Position numbers and translations under genes: made by a program. The notes under the pieces were generated by a model. It made no database searches and was not told where the DNA came from. It worked only from the letters and a program-made list of their open reading frames with translations. A stretch of 64,000 nt of DNA from Lytechinus pictus (lineage: Eukaryota), in the NCBI RefSeq assembly GCF_037042905.1, contig NC_087254.1, forward strand, positions 28,396,001-28,460,000. The letters run 5' to 3'. Position 1 is the stretch's first letter, and each line of letters starts with the position of its first letter. Below, piece by piece: positions 14,755 through 26,383 of the stretch.

Positions 14755-15590
14755 CCCTCCAAGCTTCTCTAGACCATGAGCAACATGTGAAGTTGGTTTT
14801 AAAGTATTCTGACTAATTAGCATTCTTTCAGCATTTATGAACAGATCAGATAATCTTCAATTCTAAACTTCATTATACAGACATTCATGAGGGTAACATT
14901 GGTTCAGAAATGTATAAAATATTAGAATTTATTCCAAAAAGCAAAAAATCAGGAATAAATGGAAATGAGAGTGTGACAATATTTTTTTCACTTTTGTTAC
15001 TGAATCTTAGACCTTAGCCTACTGGAACCTGGTGATCCCTGTAAAAAAAGTTTATGGGAAATAGAGAATTCAGCAATCACTACTGTGAACAGGTTAAAGA
15101 TCTTGATTTTTAATGGAAATTACGTACAAATATGCCCAAAAATAGACTGTACAATGTCATAAATTCCGCCCATGTCTATTGAGGTACTAAGTCAAGTAGA
15201 TCATTATAATATAAGCAAAATTTCACACATGTTAATTCAAGCTGTGATTCACATAAATTATGTTATATTTTTTGCTACCTCAACGAGTTATTCAACCATT
15301 AATATATCAAATCTGTTCCCACATAGGAAGGTGCAATCAAAATAACATTAGAATCAAGACACACACCATCTACTACCAAATTCTTTTAGTCTTCTGATAT
15401 CTAGTTCAATAACATATTAAACAATATTATCTGAACATCATCAAATCTGTGAATTATTGATTTGACAATTTATCTGCAGGTCTCTGTCTCAGCTCTGAAC
15501 TTCCTTAGCCATCTGAAATTTCAAAAACATTATTGAGAAAGCTAATAGGCCTATAGGCTGTAGACAGTGTTATCTATGTTTTAAAATTAA

Positions 15591-16171
15591 AGGAGAATGA
15601 AACCCTTGAAACCAGCTGAATCCATATCAAAGAGAAAAATCAAAGAAACATATTGTTGAAAGTTTGAGGAAGATTGAATGAATAATAAGAAAGTTATGAG
15701 CATTTGAATATTGAGATCACTAATACCATGTAGATCCTCCTGTTGGCAATGCGACCAAGATCTGTGATGTCACACACGTACAACTCCGTCATTACTTTAG
15801 TACTTATTTCACTTATATTCTCACTTTTATAGAGTCTATCACAAGGTGAGGTGTTCGCTTTATGAGAGGACAAGTACAGAGGTTTCACAACAACATTATA
15901 TCATTGATGAATCGTTTGTCTTAGAATGAGCAAAAAGAGATGTTTTGGTGTATATTTTCAGTGTCCAAAAGGGGAGAGTTGTTCATCTGTGACATCATAG
16001 ATCTTGGTCGCATTGCCAAAGGGAGGATCTCCATAGCATTAGTGATCTCGACATTCAAATGCTCATAACTCTTCTATTTCTAGTCCTATTTTACTCAAAC
16101 TTCTGTTGATCTTATTCTTTGATTTTTCTGCTTTCACAAAAGCTAACTTGCTCCAAGAGTTTCATTCTCCT
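15591..16171. mobile_element. Kolobok/T2-like MITE with long inverted arms
   Basis: TTAA|AGGAGAATGAAAC...GTTTCATTCTCCT|TTAA. The inverted arms extend about 200 bp (TTGGCAATGCGACCAAGATCT / AGATCTTGGTCGCATTGCCAA). Confidence 0.8.
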
Positions 16172-17393
16172 TTAAAGATAAAGAATCATCATAAGAATAT
16201 AATGCAATAAGTAGCATATAGGCCTATAGTCTGTTGATTTACTTATTTCAAGAACAATCAAATTTTACAATCAATTATATCTTCTTATTTTGCAGACCAA
16301 GAACAGATAATATGAAACCCAAACTGAACTAAATCTTCTCAAATCATTTTGGTATCAAGTCATGAGAAAGAAACAGTAGGTCAATTTATGCAGACTGCAC
16401 TGATCACACAATGAGATTTGAAATCAATAATTATTTTGGGTATATGTGCATGCACACCCTCAATGTGTTTCTTACTTTCTTTCTTTAGGACCCACATAAT
16501 AATACATCAAGCCAGCAAAACAAAACAAACAGCTTTCATCTAACAGAATATGAGGAAATGAAGCATGAAATGAAAATAAAATTGATAACTCCTGAAGTTA
16601 ATCTATGACTTGTTCGTAAACTTTCTCAGTAATTTCTGCACTACAGCGCTATTTAGGCCTATATATTCCCACATCAGCAGATGGTTCAAGTACAGACACA
16701 CATGGAAACAACAGCAGCATCACAGTAGCTAAAAAGGGAGAATGGGTAAAGAGAAATCATGCATATTGCATAAATCCATCAAAGAGCAATCGAGAATCCC
16801 TCACCCCAAGTGGCCCGAGCTCCTGCCAGCCAAATCGATCCATGCACCGCGATGGTCCCCACGGGGGACTTTCCCGGGCGTAAAGTCTACCAAGCCAGGT
16901 ACGTGCTCACCTGATTCTCCTCCTACCTCCAGGTTTATTCCACTGGATACCCGATCTCGTACAAAATACACGGATGCAGACGACACATGCTCAAATATTG
17001 GTCCACGCAGATGTTTTATCGATTAGTAACATATAAAAAGACTACCATGTAATATCAAAACCATCTGCAGATGAAAAAGTACAAGTCCAAACTGAGAAAC
17101 ACGAAATCACATGTTAATGATTATGCAGGCGCGGCGTAGAGCGTTACGATGGTATAATTTGGCAACTTGCGGGTCAACTTGAACCGAAAATAAGCACCTG
17201 ATCAGCAGTCCTCCCAGCGAACACTGCTATTCTGCCACTCGCATCATCACCGTTAGTTACCTACTAGCAATGAAATGTACTGGCTTGTTTCGAAGTGTTT
17301 TGAATGCGACACTTGGATTCTTGGAATATGTTTCATATTTATTTCGTTTTGCGTATTCGGGGGTAAAATATGACTTTCGTTATGATAAATATA

Positions 17394-17543
17394 CAGGGGC
17401 CGCGGAAGCGGGGGGGGGGGGGCTTCAGCCACCCCCCCACACTTTTTTCCAAACAAAAAAACAAAAACGTAAAAATGACCATATGGTTGTGATTTTTTGC
17501 ATGGTCAGCCCCCCCCCCCTTTAAAACCGTTCCGCGGCCCCTG
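17394..17543. mobile_element. Short TIR element with poly-G/poly-C tracts
   Basis: CAGGGGCCGCGGAA...TTCCGCGGCCCCTG with ATATA on both flanks. Confidence 0.7.
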
Positions 17544-17749
17544 ATATATGAACACTGTCCCTTATTCATTTTATGCCTATTTTTAGTTTTTATCATGCAT
17601 GGAGCTATTAAACATGGTTTTATGAATACAGTTTTCAAGATTTCTCTTGCCCCTTACATAAAACAAATTTCAAATACTTAAGGCAGAATAGGCGCTCTAA
17701 TTAATACTTGATACTAACATGCATACTAATAACCATTCGAGGTAATTAA

Positions 17750-18245
17750 AGGTCAAGTCCACCCCAGAAAAATGTTGATTTGAATAAACAGAGAAAAATC
17801 ATACTAGCAGTTTCGCTTATTTTTTCACAAATCAGTGATATGCACAACTCAGTGGCATGCAAATGAATCAGTCTATGATGTCCCTCACTCACTATTTCTT
17901 TTGTTTTTATTGTTTGAATTATACAATATTTAATTTTTTACAAATTTTACAATAAGGACCAACTTCCAAATGTTCAGGGAGGAATTTGTTTCACTTGACA
18001 ATGGAAACAAAATTATAATATTTCATATAATAAAATACAAAAGAAATAGTGAGTGGGTGACGTCATCAGTCTCCTCATTTGCACACCAACCAGGATGTGC
18101 ATCTAACTGTTTTGTGAAAGTAAGCGATACTTAAAATGTCATAACTTTCATATTTTACATCCGATTTTGATGAAATTTTCAGTGTTATGCTTGTTGGATT
18201 TATCTCTTTTATTCAAATCAACTTTTTGTTGGGATGGCTTGTCGT
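17750..18245. mobile_element. Kolobok/T2-like MITE, family A
   Basis: TTAA|AGGTCAAGTCCACCCC...CTTGTCGT|TTAA. Homologous to 22956-23536 and 39613-40199. Confidence 0.8.
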
Positions 18246-18512
18246 TTAATGGAAATCAGCTAGCCCATAAAAAATTGGAATCATCAAGCAGCAAACAAAA
18301 CAGAAAAATTACGGCCCAGAGCTTTAGTGTGACTTTGAAATATCAAATCCTCCCAAACAGGAAGTTTATTATGACATATGCATAACGCTGAAAGGATCAT
18401 CAAAATTATGTAAAATATGAAAGCTAGGATGACAATTTAAAGTTAGGCTTATTCTCATATAAGCCCATAAATGACGTGGTACTTTGCAAATGGGATAGTT
18501 GCTGGTGTCACA

Positions 18513-18742
18513 ACTCTAAATTACAGGGATTTAAAATAAGTCCAGATGGACTGTAGCTAGGGACCAATCGATTTCTGAATTTAGTTTTAATCCTAACGAC
18601 TTAAATTTAAATCTCAAATGATTTAAATTTAAATCTTTCGAGATTTAAAAATGAATCTTAAGGATTCAAACTAAATCCGGAATTCGATTGGTCCCTAACT
18701 ACAGTCCATGTGGACTTGTTTTAAATCCCTGTAATTTAGAGT
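18513..18742. mobile_element. Palindromic MITE (second, degenerate copy at about 45673-45903)
   Basis: ACTCTAAATTACAGGGATTTAAAATAAGTCCA...TGGACTTGTTTTAAATCCCTGTAATTTAGAGT forms a long inverted repeat. Confidence 0.75.
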
Positions 18743-19012
18743 ACATTAGGCATATTTTGTATGTATTTCAATTTCAGCAGATCTGACTAAAAATTATATT
18801 CATCAAATCACAATAACTACCACAATGGCAATTACATATTTTCAGAGAGGGATCACATATTGTGCAACCTTGACATTGAAAGGTGCAACTCTGATCCCAC
18901 TATGGGGTGTTATTGTAAGATGTCAAGAAATAAGCAATATCTACGACCAAAATGACAATTTTGTTTCCATGCATGGTTTGGTTTGAGCGCGGAACAGGAG
19001 ACAATAGAGACG

Positions 19013-19370
19013 NNNNNNNNNNNNNNNNNNNNNNNNNNNNNNNNNNNNNNNNNNNNNNNNNNNNNNNNNNNNNNNNNNNNNNNNNNNNNNNNNNNNNNNN
19101 NNNNNNNNNNNNNNNNNNNNNNNNNNNNNNNNNNNNNNNNNNNNNNNNNNNNNNNNNNNNNNNNNNNNNNNNNNNNNNNNNNNNNNNNNNNNNNNNNNNN
19201 NNNNNNNNNNNNNNNNNNNNNNNNNNNNNNNNNNNNNNNNNNNNNNNNNNNNNNNNNNNNNNNNNNNNNNNNNNNNNNNNNNNNNNNNNNNNNNNNNNNN
19301 NNNNNNNNNNNNNNNNNNNNNNNNNNNNNNNNNNNNNNNNNNNNNNNNNNNNNNNNNNNNNNNNNNNNNN
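19013..19370. other. Assembly gap
   Basis: Run of N. Confidence 1.
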
Positions 19371-19598
19371 AAATGAGATAAACTATTTCATAAAATTCAT
19401 AATAATGAAATGAAAAAGAAATAGTGATTGGGTAACGTCATCACTCCCTCATTTGCATACCGACCAGGATGTGTTTTCTGAAACTAAGTGTAACTTGAAA
19501 AATGTCATAGGCCTATTTTCTTATTCTATATCCGATTTTGATCACATTTTCAGCGTTATGCTTGTTGGATTTTTTCCCCTTGTTTGGGTGGACTTGTC
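19371..19598. mobile_element. Right part of a family A Kolobok/T2-like MITE, truncated by the gap
   Basis: CTCATTTGCATACCGACCAGGATGTG...GGGTGGACTTGTC matches the family A right arm. Confidence 0.65.
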
Positions 19599-20269
19599 TG
19601 ATTTCACATTTTTCGCGTATTGATGATGGCGCTGTTTTATTCGTTGTTCAAAACAAAAATGAACCAATCCATTTTACACCCTGGTTTTGATTGGGGTCAT
19701 TCCTATGGCTGTTTGTTGGGCCATCATGATCCGATTCGTGTCAAATATAGCTTTGGGAGGTTTGCCAGAGCGCTTTAGATATGTGGCCATGAAAATGCTG
19801 GAATGCATTAAAACTATGTCACCCCCTTGACCTATTTTTTATTCAATTCAACTCGTTTGTTCTTTTCCATGAAAAAAAATCAAAATATGTACATTCGTGA
19901 TATAAACAGCTGAAATACACATGTATATACAATAAATATAAAAAAAATGCATGAATATAGCAAATTAAAAAGTAAATAAATGGAAAAAGAAACGCCTGTA
20001 GGAAGCTTTTTTTTTTAAAGCATGTAAATGACAGTTGACGCGTGATCTGAAACCAATCCATATTTTTATCCTAGGACGATTAGGCTTAATCCCCGGGCAA
20101 TCTTTTTGGTTGTGAAGATCAGTAATTTTGTGTTAAATGAATAATGGCAACCTGAACCAAAGATAATAAATTGCGCACACCACATGCATGCAGGTTATTG
20201 AATTTCTAAAGGTAAAAGGTAAATCACTTTTTCCAGCTAATCATTGATAGAAAAAAAATTGCCTATCAT

Positions 20270-20535
20270 TATAGTATATAGGCGTATAGCGCTTAATACA
20301 ATGTTTCTAAGCGCTGCACACCCCAGCTTTAGCATGGCTACCCTGATCGGACACTCGAGCATTTTAGGAATTTCTTCCTACAGGGTATCCATTTACTACA
20401 CCTACCTGGGTGGAGAGCAGCAAATGTAGATAAACGCCTTACCAAAGGACGCGAGTGCTGTGGTGGAATTCGAACCTCAGACGTTGTGGTGAAAGTCAGG
20501 ACACACAAGACTTAACCACTGAGCCGCAACACCTC
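20270..20535 (-). mobile_element. tRNA-derived SINE
   Basis: The minus strand begins GAGGTGTTGCGGCTCAGTGGTTAAG (A-box-like), then GGTTCGAATT (B box), then the CTCTCCACCCAGGT...AAATGGATACC core and a GCGCTATAC tail. Confidence 0.7.
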
Positions 20536-21582
20536 TATACATTTAGATTAGATTTATTTATTTCCGTTCAACAACTTAATATAATCGAAGTAACAGTACA
20601 TGTTCGATATAATTTGATTTGATTTATTCATTTCCACATTCCAATAACAAAAGTATATACAAGTGTAATAATTTAACATAAGCAAATGACATAAAGAGTG
20701 ACATATGCATACATACATTCTAACAATCTACTTGAAATATATCTATACCTGATAAATTTCTTTTCTTCTAAATTATTAAAACAAGAAGCAGGAAACAAAA
20801 TATATACATATATATATATATATACATATATCGACATAATACATTTTGGAATGTGGGAGACCTCCATCTTCAGCTTAGAGCTTGAAATTGATAAAGGCCT
20901 CGAAAGGAAAGGGGAAGGAAAACCAGACACACAGTGCAATAATGCAAACATTTCAAAGACATTTCATGACAGATATTGAAGATGAATTAACTGAACTTAC
21001 CAAGGAAAGCATCATAATATTCCAAGGCATATTAGGAGTGTGTTTTGAGGCTCTATGGTCCCATGTCTCCTTATTGTTTCACTGGCAATCAATGCCGAAC
21101 GCATTGTGGTTTGTACCTTTTGTTTGTATACCTTTGTTATTCTTTTTCAACATAAACAATTGCTATATATGAAAAACAAACCTGGACCTTGTCAAGGACA
21201 ATATCGATCGTTATGATGGATACATGCTGCCAAAACGCGCTCCCTATATCTACTGAAGTTGTAGGGATGCGGTCAATCTTAAATGAAATCACATGATTCA
21301 CATCGAAACCTCACCGTAAAATTTAGGGCTAAATCAAGGTTTATTGATAATGGGTGACCACACTGAGTATAAATACGAAATTACATTTTTGGCTGGTGTA
21401 CATAATTCGAAATTCGAGGGGAACGCATAACTGTATAACCATACAGGTAGACCTAGAGAGTTTTACTACAAGATGTGGAGAGAGGAATCGGGATAAGATG
21501 GCGCTGTTCTTAAAATGCAACTAACAGTATTCATCTAGTCGCCGTTCGCGCATGCAACGTAGCTCCTCGACATGGAATACTG

Positions 21583-22124
21583 GAGGTACTCCAGACAGAA
21601 AATAATATGATTTGAACGGATAATGAAAAATCAGACAAATAAAACACGGGAAAAAAGATATTTTATAGTTTTGCAATATTTCGGTGAAACAGTTCTATGC
21701 ATGTCATCATTAATAAGTTTTGAGCAAACTGAAGATGTCATGTATTTTTCTTATATATGAAATTATATTTATTCATATTCTTTTCTCCAAAAATGAAAAA
21801 CATCGATTGACTCATGATTTAATGAGTAAGATGACCAAGGCTGAAATAGTTACAAAGGAGACATATCACACACACACATGTATGTAAATATGAAATAATA
21901 ATGATGTCATAACATAAGAAATGGTAAAGTGTGATATGACATCATCAGCCCACCTGTAGCATATTTATGACGGCGTTCATATAACATTAAAAATACATAT
22001 ATTGCTAACATTAAAATTCCAATAACTTCGTTATGTAATCAGATGTTGATGAAATCTTTAGAGTTTTGCTTTGTGAATTTTTACTCTTTTCATTTAGATA
22101 TATTTTCAACCATAGTAACCCCTT
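21583..22124. mobile_element. Degenerate Kolobok/T2-like MITE, family B (related to 55785-56381)
   Basis: Shares GGTGAAACAGTTCTATGCATGT, CATCAGCCCACCT and TGTGAATTTT blocks with 55785-56381. The ends are eroded. Confidence 0.55.
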
Positions 22125-22384
22125 TGACTAGATAAATATAAGTGACCGCAGTGTGAATACAATGTGGATTTGGTGTGATGCGTGTATCACATATAGTAAT
22201 GACACATAATTGTAATACATACAATGAAACGGTACGCACTATATGCGATCTAACTTTTCAATTGTTTGATAAGGACTGTTTGATAAAGTGAGTATAATGT
22301 CAGTGTGATCACGGTGTGTTAACGACAAACACAATGAATCTGTTCACATAGTAAGAAACTTTCAACTCTATGATATCCATTTTG

Positions 22385-22925
22385 TCCCACTGTGTTCTCA
22401 CACAGTGTCCACACTGAGATAAAAATAGCCACAGTTTGACATTCATTCAGCACAGTGTGTTCGTATAATTCCACACAGGGACCACATCGTGAAGAATTAA
22501 GATAGCCACAGTGTGCCATTCGTTCAGCACATGTGTATAGTTACACACAGTGACCACACCGTGAAGATAATAGCCACAGTGTTTCATTCATCCAGCACAG
22601 TGTGTTTATGAAGTTCCACACAGTGATCACACCGTGAAGAAGACAGCCACAGTGGGTCATTCGTTCAGCACAGTGTGTTCATATAGTTACACACAGGGAT
22701 CGACCACACCATGAAGAAGATAGCCACACTGTGTAATTCGTTCAGCATATAGTGTTTATGTAGTTCCACACAGTGACCACACCGTGAAGAAGATAGCCAC
22801 AGTGGATCATTCGTTCAGCACAGTGTGTTTATACACAGTGACCACACTGATATGAATATACCCACAGTGTGATATTTGTTCAGCACAGTGTGTTCATATA
22901 GTTCCACACAGTGACCACACCATGA
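22385..22925 (+). repeat. 73-bp tandem repeat, about 7 copies, three CACAGTG-type motifs per unit
   Basis: Consensus is about CACACAGTGACCACACCGTGAAGAAGATAGCCACAGTGGGTCATTCGTTCAGCACAGTGTGTTCATATAGTTC. I counted 16 exact CACAGTG, with 29/21/23-bp spacing. Confidence 0.9.
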
Positions 22926-22955
22926 TGAAAATTGGCACTACGTGGCAATTCTTAA

Positions 22956-23536
22956 AGGTCCACCCCAGGAAAATGCTGACTTGAATAAATAGAGAAAAAT
23001 CAAACTAGCATAGTGCTGAAAATTTCATCAAAATCGGATGTAAAATAAGAAAGTTATGACATTTTAAAGTTTCGCTTATTTTTCACAAAACAGTGGTATG
23101 CACAACTAGGTGACTCAGTCGATGATGTCCATCACTCACTATTTCTTTTGTTTTTTATTGTTTGAATTATACAATATTTCATTTTTTTATAGATTTGACA
23201 ATAAGGACCAACTTGACTGAACCATACAGCATTAAAAAATGCTAATTCCACATGTTCAGGGAGGAATTAATCATTGTTTAACTTGACAATGTGGAGAAAA
23301 TCATATTATTTCGTATAATAATATACAAAAGAAATAGTGACTGGGTGACGTCATAGTCTCCTCATTTGCATACCAGCCAGGATGTGCATATAGCTGTTCT
23401 GTGAAATTAAGCGAAACTTTAAAATGTCATAACTTTCTTATTTTACATCCGATTTTGATGAAATTTTGCAGTGTTTTGCTTGTTGGATTTTTCTCTTATT
23501 ATTCAAATCAACTTTTTGTTGAGGTGGACTTGTCCT
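22956..23536. mobile_element. Kolobok/T2-like MITE, family A, inserted into the CACAGTG-rich region
   Basis: TTAA|AGGTCCACCCCAGG...GGTGGACTTGTCCT|TTAA. CACAGTG resumes immediately after the right TTAA. Confidence 0.85.
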
Positions 23537-24869
23537 TTAAACACAGTGTGATCAAAGTGTATTGACTTGTTTAGCATATTTTACTCAAATTTGCATTGAA
23601 GTCTATTCCATATTCTGAGGGAAAACGTACTATTAGACATTCTTGTTTTAATGGATAATTAATTGAAGGAATTAATCTTCCGACAAATAGTGTATTATCT
23701 TTTATCCCATCTTACATTTTATGGTAATAATAAGTGTGATACTTAAACAACTATTAAACAACAATCGATAAATTAAATATAGGCCTGTAAATCTGATTCG
23801 CACACACTTAAGTGTTAAGAAGCGGCCCACAATGTCAGAAAAAACACATAGAAACATAGTTTGGCAACACTGTGTTTCACACTGTGTGCACATTCCACTA
23901 CAATAAATTGGAACACATTTTCACGATGTAGCACACACTTTGGTACACATTGGGTGAAGTTTATTAATACTAACACACAGTGACATTCACAGTGAATGAA
24001 GTATCATTTAAAGTGATAAAAAAACAATATCATTTTAACGGTGTGTTCACATTCCATACACCATGTGTTTTATTCATAGTGTTGACACACTCTATACCAC
24101 AGTGTGAAACTGATTCAATTAATTCACAGTAAAAGGGATATGAACACGGTATTGTCATACTGTGCAAAAACCCTTACGTCCGTCGACCCATTCCAGGCAC
24201 GGATAAAGCCTTTTAGCAAAGAGTAGTTTATTTAAATCACTCTCGTCTCAAAGTGTACATAAATCATAAATCAAAATGCTTATAAATCCTGAGGTTTCAT
24301 TTATCTAGAAAAGAGTACCAGAAAAAAAGAGAATACTATCGCTCCCATATAACATTCCATTTTCGTTTGTGAAGATAAATGATCATAACTATGAGCTCAA
24401 CCAAACTTTCCAATAAAAATTGCGAACGAATGTTGATACAATCACAATATGGTATTAAATCATGGAAAAAGTGGTCAACCAGAAATAGGCATCCAATATT
24501 GCCCCTCCCTCTAAATAATAATAAAAAAGTCTTATTTACCCCCCCCCCCTTCCCCCTCATGTAGTTTGCTGGAGTACAATACACAAATTTGGAACATTGA
24601 TGAATTCTTGGCATGATAAATAGAAATCCTATCCGAACATTCCGCAATAGAATTCATACTACTGCACTCTCAAAACAAACAAAATAATGATTGATTAATT
24701 TTTTTTTACATTGACGTATTACTTTTTTTTACAGATTAAGAATTTCCTCTGTCTTTTTTGTTCAGCATTAATAATGAGTCGGCTTCCTTGTAATCCTATA
24801 ATCAATAATTTATGCTTCTTTTTTTCACTCAGAAACAAAACAAAAAAGACGTCACTTTTGATATTTTCG

Positions 24870-25182
24870 AATTCTATTCAATTCAATTCTTTATTCCATT
24901 TTCATTCAAAACATAATACAAAGTAATATAAAGTAATACAAATCAAATACAATTTTACACGCGAGTATTCTTACTTCGTAAAACAACAAAACAGTAAAAT
25001 ATTGAGCATAAATGGAAATGAGGGGGGTCCACTAAAAAGCAAAGCTCAATATTAATTTTTTTTTTTTTACGAAGTAAGAATACTCGTCTGTAAAATTGTA
25101 TTTGATTTGTATTACTTTATATTACTTTGTATTATGTTTTGAATGGAAATGGAATAAAGAATTGAATTGAATTGAATTCTAT
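24870..25182. repeat. About 110-bp inverted repeat of a LINE-like 3' end with (ATTGA)n tails pointing outward
   Basis: 24871-24983 is the near-perfect reverse complement of 25065-25178. The tail reads AATAAAGAATTGAATTGAA. Confidence 0.8.
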
Positions 25183-26296
25183 GTTTATACTTACACTTCC
25201 CATCCTCCGCCCCCCCCCCCCCCCCCCCCCTTCCTCCAAAAATTATCCACTATCAAGAGAAAAGGGAAAGAAAGGAAAATCATAATATAATACATAATAC
25301 GTATATCACCAAGTTATATTAGAATTTGGGAATATCATGCAATGATACTGAAATGTCATTTGGGGGATCAATCGATCGATCGATCGATCGCGACTATTTA
25401 GAAAAATTTCCTGTATACCATTTTTGCCCCCCCCCCCTCAATTGTTCTCATTGTTCCATTGAATGCTAATAATTTGTTGGCCCTTACATAACATTTCATG
25501 AGAACTATATTTAATTTGCTAATTACACCTTCAAATAATATCCATATTTTCTGCATGGGTTGAACGTACTACGATTTAGACTACGTGTCATCATGATTTC
25601 GACTCTAAACTGAACCGGATATTATTTTCTTAGGCGCGTCGGATTGGATTAATCGACATTGCAAATGATATCCTGACTTAGATTAAAAGCTATGATGGTG
25701 TAGAAACATGACTCTTGTAAAATGACATGATTTGTAATCACTTCAAAATCAGTATTTCCACACCTCTATCCTGCATGTCTTTCATACAGGCCGCAGACGA
25801 TATAGGCTAATTATCGCCTTCCATCAATTACTATTTTAACATGATTAAGAATAACATTATTTTTTCGCTCATTATGCAGCTTAGTTTTCGTTTCTCTGCA
25901 CTCTTAAATCCGATTCAGCACTATTACGCTTCTTAAAATATTTTCATAATTGTACGAATTTGAAGAAGATAAAATATATCAATCATTTATCGATCATTAT
26001 CTTTATAACCCGTTTTTATTTAGAGTATATTGACTCAAAGAAACTACAGGTAAAGAATATTTTTCAAGGGAAATTGTTTTTAGAATGCCTGTAAGTTATA
26101 AACGCATTGCATAGTATTATTGATATTTGGATACTCTTACTTTTAACTGATGTTTACGTTTTTAATGATATTTTTGTTCATTCCTCAACACAATCACATC
26201 CATACCACGCATGAATTCACATTCATGGTAAATTTCAGGGCTTGGGGCGGTAAACGGCACTAGCTGTAAAAAAAAATATTTGAAAAATTATGAAAA

Positions 26297-26383
26297 TTCT
26301 TCTTCTTCTTCTTGTTTTTGTTGTTATCATCATCATCATCATTATTATCATTCTATGTCTTCTCCTTCTTCTTCTTCTCCTTC
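26297..26383. repeat. Compound (CTT)n/(CAT)n microsatellite
   Basis: Direct reading. Confidence 0.8.

Larger units (their letters stand above)
1757..17255 (-). pseudogene. Chain of exon-like blocks with canonical splice sites but no continuous ORF (decayed multi-exon gene or spliced lncRNA)
   Basis: Minus-strand AG...GT-bounded blocks at about 17198-17255, 16911-17064, 15367-15512, 12541-12688, 11594-11786, 10743-10859, 9689-9805 and 8001-8941, with further acceptors at 6157 and 2425 and a donor at 1757. They are more GC-rich than the flanks, and the joins I tried are interrupted by stops or phase mismatches. A CpG-rich promoter-like patch lies at about 17100-17260. Confidence 0.4.

Noticed and set aside
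6157-16911. snoRNA host gene explanation for the non-coding exon chain
   Set aside because: I could not find convincing C/D or H/ACA box pairs with terminal stems in the introns by eye. An Infernal/snoscan run would be needed to exclude it.
16742-17026. 94-aa plus-strand ORF
   Set aside because: No recognisable domain. It is better explained as the GC-rich exon/intron boundary of the minus-strand exon chain.
20455-20535. tRNA gene
   Set aside because: A/B boxes are present, but there is no intact cloverleaf and it continues into a SINE body.
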